A stretch of DNA of 64,000 nt from Flaccisagitta enflata. Lineage: Eukaryota. Within the stretch, counting starts at the first letter, position 1. Each line of letters opens with the position of its first letter. Under the pieces are notes generated by a model that was not told the origin of the DNA, searched no databases, and saw nothing but the letters and a program-made list of their open reading frames with translations. The stretch covers positions 23,002,001 to 23,066,000 of the forward strand of contig OZ231126.1 in NCBI GenBank assembly GCA_965153355.1, in the 5' to 3' direction. A program made the translations under genes and the position numbers. Positions 53,426 through 64,000 of the stretch are shown here, one piece after another.

Positions 53426-54704
53426 CTGCATAAGAAAAGGGGGAGAGAGAAAGGGGGGAGGTGATGTAATTTTTATCAAACTTCACGTTACCAAGTTTTG
53501 ACGTGACAATTGCCCCGATGTCTTAATTTAAAATCCAGTATCTATCCAGGACGAACAGGGGGGAGAGGGGACTCCTCGAGTCTCGACGCCAGTCAAGGCA
53601 TTGACCGCCTGAGCGAGTATGCTCAAATGTATTTAGCTGAGCACGAACGTATTTTTTTTTTCTATGAGTTCATGTCCATTCGATTGATTTAGATTTTTTT
53701 TTATATGAAAACGAAGAAGAATGGCATGTGTAAATATTTTGAAATTAGTATCAATGTTATTTTTTTTTTCTTGAGAATCAAATTTCTATAAACTACTGAC
53801 AATAGATAAGACCTAGTGTTACGGTTACCAAAAGGTTGTCTAAAAGAAAAAATTTTTTACTCTTTGCCATGATAGGTTTTAAGTTCCCTGACTGCTGAGC
53901 TCCCATTGGAATGTTTGGCAACCCTCCGCAAAAGAGTCTCAGTGAGATCTGGAAAGTTTTCCTTCTGGAAAGTTTTCCTTCTGGAATGTTTCCACGACCG
54001 TATTTCCACAACTTAGAGAATCATTTTAGATAATTTCTTTCACTTGAGCTCAATCAAATAAACTGGCATGGGGCGTAACAACACCATGAGAAATAGTTTG
54101 TCAGGTCCAATCGATATTTTGGATTGATACTAGATTTCTTTAACACTAGTACGCTTGATGCAAGCAGCAGCGAGGTATAACGGGGTTTAATCGCTTTCGC
54201 ATAATGGCCAGTTTAAAATTCTGCAATATGCAAATTAAGCACTGAGTTAACACCTACAATACACTTTCGGCGGTCATGCAAGACATGTGCCCACAATGGC
54301 ATGTTTTGGTCTGACATGTAAAGGTTATCGCACATCTCTGTCACCTCCTCATACATCGCAATGACAAAAAACAAAAAAGAGAAAAAGAGGTGAGACAGAG
54401 ACAGAGACAGAGACAGAGACAGAGACAGCAAAAAACCCGGATACTTGTTTTATTTACACGCGGGAAGGAATTTGTTATTCTTAATTCACGATTCGTTGAG
54501 TCGAAACGCGATTTGGGTTGAATGGCGCGGAAGGAAGGCAATGGCAACAAAGGCGCCGCTCGGCACCGCCGCCGCGGCTCAGAGGCGCCGCCGCGGCTCA
54601 GAGGCGCCGACGCTCAAAGACCGAAACGACGAACGACAAACGCCGACATTGACGGCAACTGACGCCATAAACCCAAAGGCGCGGTGAGCGGAAGGACAGA
54701 ATGT

Positions 54705-54736
<32 letters not shown>

Positions 54737-56273
54737 AAGAAGAGAGAGAGACAGACAGACAGAAAAAGAGAGAGACAGAGACAGACAAGCTGCCATGATG
54801 GCAATGGAAGAAGTAGGGCTAGTAGAGGACGCCGATTACGACAGTGGCGAAGGTGGTAAAGGCAATTGTTCCATTGGCAGAGACCGGCGATAAGAGCAAT
54901 GGCAACTATGGACGTGGTGACAATGCGAGAAAGTCGGTGGTGACGGCTATGTGGTGATAGTGACAGGGGTGGTGGCGGTGGCGATAACGAAAAGGATATG
55001 GTGGTGAGGGTGGTGTGATGGCGACGACGGCGGCGGTGGTGAAAGCGGTGACGGCGGCGGCAGCAAAGCGCTGCGTGGCGCGGCGGTGGCAACGGCAGCG
55101 GCGACAAAATGACGGTTTCCACCAGTTTTATTTTTTCTATTGGCAATGTTATGACGCGTTATTTATTTTCTTTTCCTTTCCAGCGGTAAACTCATACAGC
55201 TTAATGGCAATGACGGCGACGACGACGAGAATGACGATGATATAAACAAATACGTTGACGACGACGGCGACGACGAAATCGATTCAAGTTCCTCTGGCTT
55301 TGTTTTTAGTCGCGGACTAGCGGCTCTGTAAGAGGCTTTGTCCGTCTGTCTGTTCGTTCGTCCAATGGTCCGTCCGTAAACACAAAAGAATAGTGTAGAC
55401 ACGCGCATTTCGCGTATGTGTGTGATTGTGTGGAGGTGGGGTGGGGAAAAGGGAGTTGTACGCCTCTGCCTACCCGTCCGCGACGTTATTGTAACCCCGT
55501 GTTTTCTTTTTTTTCATGTCATCTTCCCTGCGATGTTACTTTATACTGTGGAACCACAAAAAATAATTTCCCAGAACGATTGACAACATTTTTTCCTTTT
55601 TTTCCAATTCCAAAGGGAAGTCAATAAACAAAAACCGTCTCTCATCAACGTCTAACAGCAGACTTATGTCACGAATTGCAGCAACGCATAGTCGGGTAAA
55701 GACATGTCCGAGTGACAAAGGAGGAGAGCAATCAGTTGACAAAAACGTCTGCTTCAAAGGAGATGAAGAGAGACAGAAAAGTCGCATGAAATATTGGAAA
55801 ATGGGAAAAGGTGCTTCTCGCATTTTCTGCAGTTGAAGCAATCAGTGACGTTAAAGAGAAAGAATGAGTCGCAGAAAGAAAACGGAAATGTAGTCAGCAA
55901 TAAGAGTGATTAGTGGCAGTCGGAAGACGCTTCTTAAGGCGGTGGGGGGGGGTAAAGGAGGTAGGATAAGAAGCGCAGCAAAGTAGTGGTTGGACTATTG
56001 GTGGTGATATGACAATCGAGTAAGACGGGGTGGGGCGAGGTGGACTTAAGGTAGGAAAGCCGATTTGGGTGACAAGTCAGGGGGGGATGAGGAATGAGGA
56101 AATAGATGATGTGGGTGAGGGGGCAAAGGGATATGAAAACGAGTCTGATATCGTAATGGGGAGAGAAGAAACAAGAAGCTGCTCTGCGAAAGGAGCTCCA
56201 TCACTTAGCAGACGTATCATCCATTTTAATTCTGGCGGCGTGACAGACAGAGACAAAGAGAGAATGAGTGGAA

Positions 56274-56328
<55 letters not shown>

Positions 56329-56374
56329 CATGACTCCCCACCGAATTCGCGTAAAAGCATTTTCCTATTGATTT

Positions 56375-56438
<64 letters not shown>

Positions 56439-56883
56439 GAGTTTCGGAGCAACAAAAAAAAGGCAGAAATAACTGAGCGCTGAGGTTTTTTCCCTTTATT
56501 GTTTCCATTTCTATTATTATTCTACCTTCAGTTGCCCTCTTGCATGTTTCGCTTTTGCAACCAGTGTTTTCCTCATCTTTTCCTCATAATTTTTCTGTTG
56601 AATCGATCCTTCATTTTTTCTCTTCTTCTTCTTTTTAGTCGCGTGCACGCGGCTCTTTAACCCACTCTGTCCGTCTGTCTGTCGGTCCGTCCGTATGTCG
56701 GTCACGCTTAGCTTTTTTTCGCCGTTTTGCGTCATTTTAAGTCATTTTAATCTATTTTAAGTCATTAAAAGTCATTTTAAGTCACTAAAGTCATTTTTGG
56801 TAATTTGATCTTTTTGTCTTTTGGTCTTTTTGTCTTAACAACCACACGCGACTGTAAGGGGTTGGCCTTGTTTCTACTTCTCC

Positions 56884-57360
56884 TTCTTCTTCTTCTTCTT
56901 CTTCTTCTTCTTCTTCTTCTTCTTCTTCTTCTTCTTCTTCTTCTTCTTCTTTTTCTTTTTCTTTTTCTTTTTCCTTTTGTTTTTGTTTTCCTATTTTTTT
57001 TTTTTGCTTCTTCTTTTTCTTCTTCTTCTTCTTCTTCTTCTTCTTCTTCTTCTTCTTCTTCTTCTTCTTCTTCTTCTTCTTCTTCTTCTTCTTCATATGC
57101 TTCTTCTTCTTCTTCTTCTTCTTCTTCTTCTTCTTCTTCTTCTTCTTCTTCTTCTTCTTCTTCTTCTTCTTCTTCTTCTTCTTCTTCTTCTTCTTCTTCT
57201 TCTTCTTCTTCTTCTTCTTCTTCTTCTTCTTCTTCTTCTTCTTCTTCTTCTTCTTCTTCTTCTTCTTCTTCTTCTTCTTCTTCTTCTTCTTCTTCTTCTT
57301 CTTCTTCTTCTTCTTCTTCTTCTTCTTCTTCTTCTTCTTTTTCTTCTTCTTCTTCTTCTT
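56884..57360. repeat. (TTC)n microsatellite
   Basis: About 480 bp, mostly pure TTC; similar (AAG)n at 31648-31940. Confidence 0.97.
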
Positions 57361-57920
57361 GTTCACATTCCCAATTTCGGTGTCCAATCTGATTCAATGG
57401 TTGGAAGTGGACGCACACGAAATAGATATCGGTCAATTGGGGGTTGACTGAGAGGAACAATTTCAAAGAGGGGACGTGATTAAAGGGGAGTACTGTGTTA
57501 CTTTTGATATTGGGGCAAGAAGCAGTACGGAGAAAAGAAGGACAGAAGAGGGACAGAGGAAGATGGAGGGGTGAGGAATAGCCGTTAGATTGATACGACC
57601 GCCGCGCTGAACACGAAAAATGACCAGTAAATAACGAACGGATGGAAACGGGGAAAAATGGTAAAGAAAAAGGAAAATCTGGAAAAGGAGGAAATTGAAA
57701 GAGTAAATGAAACAGTTTGATTGAGAGGCAATGGCAGTCACCAGAGCAGAAGCCTTTTAAACTACGTTTTCAATAATGACTTGTTTTACATTGTCCATCT
57801 AAGATGAAGACAACGACCTCGCTTAGTGACTGAAGATGGGTCGAGTGAAGCAAAGCCGTATTCATGTGAGGAAGGTGATCATTGACAAAGTTGGGGCAGA
57901 AAGATGTGCCTTAGTGTGTA

Positions 57921-58044
<124 letters not shown>

Positions 58045-58058
58045 ACGTGTTGTGTTTG

Positions 58059-58099
<41 letters not shown>

Positions 58100-58790
58100 C
58101 TGGACCGGCGGGAGTGGAACTGCCATTGCAATAAAATGTGCCCTTTGCGCAATAAAACTGCGAGAACCCTTCAGGCCGAGAAACGGACCAAGCGCGGTCG
58201 AGCGGTTGTGCACGCTCACATGCACACTCAGAGTTTTATAGTTTAAGTGATACACGCTCACTTTCTCGCTCATCGCTCATTCCTTAAGGCTAGTAAGCGG
58301 ACCAATGTAGGTCGTTCGGTCGCGCTTGTTCACAAGATCCTATGTACATTAGCATCCTCGCTCATTTTCCTTTTCTGCAGCGGACATTTTTTTTTTCATT
58401 CAGTCGCAGGCATACACAGCCTACGGTCATACTCCATTGGTTGCTTTCTCCGATCCAAATGATCGAGCTTCCTCCAAACAGTTTCCCATTCCGATACCTT
58501 TGCTTTGGAGTCCAAGACGGGGTGATTTGGGGGTGACAGGTATCTATTTTTCGTGGTAGTGGGATCTGGAGCAGTGAAAATAGCCTACTCTTTCACCGTC
58601 CGTTTCAGACTTTAAAGCGCATTCTATTTATTTGCTGTCTTATCTTCAACCAATCAACTTGACAAACTTGACTTTACTTCGCCACTTCTGTCGTACCTAC
58701 AAAACCTTATAAAAGAACCTTCCCTCTCTCTCTTTCTCTATTTGTTTCTTCTTTTTTTTTCTTCTTTTTTTCTTTCCTTCTTTCTTTCCT

Positions 58791-58886
<96 letters not shown>

Positions 58887-59198
58887 TCGTTCTTCCTTCT
58901 TTTCTTTCTTGCTTTGTTACTTTCTTTCGCTCTGTTTTTCTCGATCCATCTCTTAACATTTCCTCAACCCATTCTACTTCTCTTTTCCTTTCTTCGCTCT
59001 TTTTTGTTTTCTTCTTTATCACTTGTTTGCCCATCGCTTCGCCATCTTCTTAATCCTATTGCATATATTGGCGTGGGTCCATGGCATATTAAATCTTTGG
59101 CACAGATTGCTTCTTAGGACAAAAGAACCTCCCCGCCTTCGCATTCATGTTCTATCTCTTCTTTCATTCTTTCTCTCTATCTATCTATCTTTCTATCT

Positions 59199-59278
<80 letters not shown>

Positions 59279-59338
59279 CCTATCTATCTACCCTTCACTC
59301 TATTTATCTGACTTTCCTTCTATCTTTCTTCCTTTCAT

Positions 59339-59386
<48 letters not shown>

Positions 59387-59418
59387 TTACTCTTTCTTTC
59401 TTTTTTTCTTTCTTTTTT

Positions 59419-59494
<76 letters not shown>

Positions 59495-60408
59495 TGATTC
59501 TTTCTTTTTGGTGCATCGAAATGATCATATCTGCATTCATCTGTCTCCCCATTTCTCAACCATTTTTCTTCCCACCCTCCTAAGGCCCCCCTCAGAAGAG
59601 CAGCCGCTGTGCTAATTGGGCAAACGACGCAATCTCGTTTCGTTAATCGCGTTGCATATCATTTCGATTCTCTCATTTATTCCCTCTTCCTCTATTTCAT
59701 TTGTTTTGTCTTTTGCCTTTAGTCTGTTTAGTATTTTCTATTGTATGCATTTTTTTTTGCCGTGGATATTTTTATGAAAACAGTAAAAAAACTTTACATT
59801 CGTTTTTTTCGAATATGACTATTTTTTCGCCAACATCTCCATCACCATCTCCATCACACATTTCTCATCCGTCAAGTCTCGTCCGACTACAGCATGCAGC
59901 AGTTCCCTCGTCTCCTTCCCCCCCCCCCCCCCGATAGTTTGGTTCTCTCTCATTTTGGAGGAATCGTTATTGGGCCTCGTGTCAAAGAGGCTAATGGTAA
60001 GAAAGACAAAAACGGCCGCTTCGCTCACTCCAACGCTTTTGTATTTGTTTCGTCCTCCTTTTTTTTTCTATTCTTTTCCTTTCTTTTTTTCCTTTGGTAT
60101 TTTTTTCTCCCACTCGCCCACCCTCGCAAACTACCCCCTCCCCCCCTTCTTTCCTCCATCAGTCCCAAATCTTTCCTCTCTCTGTTTCTCCATCCATTGG
60201 CTGGCAATGCCCACGTTGTCCAAGTGCCCAATAATCATGGAATGGCCGTTCGGAACTCAGTCGGATGGACAAAGATATGGTTGGGTCACGCCCTCAGGAT
60301 TCGAGTGAGGATTCGTCTCTCCTTCTATCTTTCAATCTTTCTTTCCATCTTTCTTTCGTTCCTTTTTTTTCTTTCTACCTTTCTTTCAGTCTGTCTGTTT
60401 GTCTTTCA

Positions 60409-60448
<40 letters not shown>

Positions 60449-60729
60449 TTCTTTCTTTCTTTTTTTCTTTCTTTCTTTCTTTCTTTTATTTACTTTTCCG
60501 TCTCTTCGGCTTTCTGTTTTCAACCCTGTATATTAGCGCTACTGAAATGCACAGAAAATGGCTTGAGTAACCCCACCCGGCGCTTTTTCGTTTCCAATAT
60601 ATCTAAAAAAGAGTAAACAGGCCTCAGAAAGTCAAGGGCATTAGAATTGGAGCAGCGGTAGTTAAAGAAAAATGAAGAAAAAACAGAGAATACATTGGTC
60701 AGACACCCCTATCTTTGTTAGCTCATATT

Positions 60730-61200
60730 TTCTAAACGAATTGAGCTAATGACTTCAACTTGGGCTCATTTTCAAGAGTAGACGCTGCTCTTTAAAATGA
60801 GCCCAAGTTGGGGTCATTAGCTCAATTCGTTTAGAAGCAGCATTGCTCCAAAGTTGATGTTAGTTTAAGCAAAACATGGATCTCATTCATGCAACTTTGA
60901 AAGCTTATATCTTCCAAATGAATTGAGCTAATGACCTCAATTTGGGCTCATTTTAAAGAGGTGCATCTACTCTTTAAAATGAGCCCAAGTTGAGGTCATT
61001 AGCTCAATTTGTTTAGAAGCAGCGTTGCTCCAAAGTTGATGATAGTTTGAGCAAAACATGGATTTTATTCATGCAACTTTGCAAGCATGTATCTTCTAAA
61101 CAAATTGAGCTAATGACCTCAACTTGAGATCATTTTAAAGAACACACGCAGCTCTTTGAAACGAGCCCAAGTTAAGGACATTGGCTCAATTTGTTTGGAA
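60730..61200. repeat. Three tandem 182-bp units, each containing a hairpin with about 49-bp arms
   Basis: ttctaaacgaattgagctaatgac..gggctcattttaaagag, 9-nt loop, reverse complement; hairpins end at 60836, 61018 and 61200. Confidence 0.9.
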
Positions 61201-61912
61201 GCAGCTTTGTTCCATTGTTGATGTAATTTTGAGTGCACGTATCTGTACAACCTGCTTTGTCTGTCTGTCAAACTTTTTTTTTCTTTTTCTGCATATAGAG
61301 GTGGTTATCACTCCCCCTGCCCACCGGTGCGCGACTATGGTGGCCACGTATCTGGCCTTGTTAATATCCACCCATAAGAGAAATCCCTCATGCGTCGGCG
61401 ACTAGGAGCAGCATTACAAAAACAAGCCACTGAAATCATCCACCTAGGAAGAAAATGAGACAAAGTTTCAGAAGTTTGTTTTTCAGTTTCACTTTAATCT
61501 TTTTTTTTTTTTAATTTTCATCACACAGAAGTATCGCAGAATACTAAAATAATTCTCCAACAAAATATTTTGAAATTCTTATATAATTCTAAAACAAAAT
61601 ATTACGAAATTCTTAAATAATTTAAAACCAAATATCACGAAATTCTAAAATAATTCTTTAAAAAAGACATTGTCAAATTTCAAAATCTAAATACGCAAGT
61701 AAGTCACAATATAGGCCAAAAATGCGAAGAAACCGAGGCCAAAGATACGAACAAAAATCATTCATCATAGGCCTTCACTAAAGCCGCTTTTGTGCTCCGG
61801 CTTGGTAACCGCTTGATTGCCTGCCCAACAACACTCAATATAGCCTGAAAATCATCCTCGTTTTTTTGCGCCAAAATTCGAGTGATCGCTTGTTTGCTTA
61901 ATCATTCTCTCA

Positions 61913-62181
61913 GGGCGTGTTTTTAGTGAAGATGAAAAACGCGTTTGTTCCCATGAAACGCGATAACACTGTGAACACATATTCAACAATTTCAGCTGTC
62001 CCACAAGGGAGTGAGTGAAGTGAGTGAGCGAGCCCATGAACGGAGCGAGCAAGTGAAGCGAGCGTAGCAAAGCGGAGCGCTGCGGAGTGAGTAAGCAGAG
62101 TGAGCGGTGCGAGCGAACGAATGTAGCGAGCGACCGAGTGGCCCGTTAAAAACGCGATCGTCTTTGACTAGAAACGCCCCC
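61913..62181. mobile_element. PIF/Harbinger-like MITE
   Basis: GGG..GTTT.TAG imperfect TIRs with 3-bp TCA duplication; its removal restores the transposase reading SNYSTE-RMIKQ. Confidence 0.75.
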
Positions 62182-62451
62182 TCAGTGCTATAATTTGAAA
62201 TCGGCAGATCGTGAGCAAACTTATGAAATCTTTGGTAGGCTGCATTGTTTGACCAAGTAGGAACTGGCTTGCTCAACCAGTCGGTTTCGATTTGGAGGGC
62301 AACAAAAAAGTGCCACGACTGTGGTTCCAATCTTGAAACTAAAGTGGTCGATTCAGTTAGTGCATCCATCGTCACCGGTCCCATGCGTAATCCATCTTTG
62401 GGAATAGCTTGGATTGCCTTTTAATTACAAAAATTGGATAGCGATGCTAAG

Positions 62452-62560
<109 letters not shown>

Positions 62561-62662
62561 CAGTGTGTGTGACAGTGTGTGTGTGTCAGTGTGTGTGTGT
62601 CAGTGTGCGTGTCAGCGTGTGTGTGTGTCAGTGTGCGTGTCAGCGTGTGTGTGTGTGTGTGA

Positions 62663-62742
<80 letters not shown>

Positions 62743-62932
62743 CAGACGGACAGGCAAATAGACAAAATCTACAGGATGAACATAAATTTAGCCTCACCTG
62801 AGCTAGCTGTGCACATTCATAGTCACTGATGAGTGTTGAGGCTATTGCCAACGGGGTCATCTCTTGGCAAGTATACCACAGATGATTTTGAAGTTTGGCA
62901 ATGAAGGCGTCGACAAGTTTCGTTGAAAATAA

Positions 62933-63449
62933 AACAAGGTCAACAAACCTTAGTCGCGTGGTAATAAGGGTAATAAAGGTAATTAAGGTAATTAAGGTAA
63001 TTAAGGTAATTTAGGTAATAAAGATAATGAAGATAACTTAGTAGCTATATCTTCCTATAATTACCCACATTTACCTACAACTACCTGTAAATACCTATAA
63101 TTACCTACAATTACATTAAATTACCATAGATTATCTATAATCACCTATAATTACCCATTATTTCCTATATTTCCTACAATTACCTCAATTTATAGTCTGA
63201 GACAACTTTTCTGACTTATATGATACAGATTACTAAAATACCTATACTTACCTATAATTACCTAAAATTACCTAAAATTACCTATAATTACCAAAAATTA
63301 CCTATAGTTACCTTTATTAACCTTCAATAACCTTAAAAACGACTATAAAGCCTATATTTCAAAAAAGTTACGGACCGACCCACCAACAGACCGACAGACC
63401 GACCGACCGACATAGCGGCTTCTAGAGTCGCGTTCACGCGACTAAAAAA
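62933..63449. mobile_element. Family-A element carrying a 10-bp (ttacctataa)n array, inserted in the transposase relic
   Basis: aacaaggtc...tagagtcgcgttcacgcgactaaaaaa termini. Confidence 0.8.
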
Positions 63450-64000
63450 GAATTATCAGGTCTTTGTACAAGGAAAGTTGCCGTATCTCAGCATCAGCTC
63501 CACATGTCATGAGAAACCAAAACTTGACCAACGTGAGGGAAACAACGATGCTAATCCCTTCTAACGCTGTAAATATCATTGATCAGGATTTTGATTTGAT
63601 TTTACAAAGCTGGATAATTGTATCACCAGGGGATGAGCAAAGTGAGCGAACCCGTGATTGGAGCATTGAATTCTTTGCTTTCACGCTGATCGTTCCGATA
63701 CTTCACTAGGTTCTTGTGTTAAGGAAATATTGGGGCCAAATTAGTCATGGGTCATACACATTTAAAACAGCGTTGGCATGGAGATGATACGATATACGAA
63801 TATACGAAATACGAATTTAAGAAATTCATGCATGAGCATCAAAGACCTGATGCATAGCGAACCATTTTTTTATGTCATTTTTGATCCCATCGATTTTCTT
63901 TGTTTTGCAACCGGCTTTTCCCAGCATGTGACGACAGATTTCGCGGTGGCATGAATGGCGTCCGTCGAGTTTTTGCTCAACTCTTTGAGATGGTAAAAAA

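Overview
Eukaryotic (invertebrate animal, possibly lophotrochozoan) genomic DNA, extremely rich in microsatellites and repeats; almost all ORFs in the supplied track are simple-repeat artefacts. Host coding sequence recognised: (1) two spliced + strand exons of an alpha-2-macroglobulin/thioester-protein gene with an intact GCGEQ motif (16916-17218, 17901-18044); (2) the last two coding exons of a central Antp-class Hox gene on the - strand (53247-53425, 52149-52631), Lox2-like, with an intron inside the homeobox; (3) a 75-bp-repeat ORF of uncertain coding strand (35082-36647). Mobile DNA: a near-complete APE-RT LINE, an older LINE RT relic, an intron-containing hAT(m)-like transposase relic, a probable piggyBac relic split by a 6.5-kb 8-bp-TSD element, a tRNA-derived SINE, several MITEs, and two abundant families of Helentron/DINE-1-like non-autonomous elements whose internal tandem repeats have expanded into a 3.8-kb higher-order satellite. 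All family assignments are by eye from recalled motifs; no database search was run.
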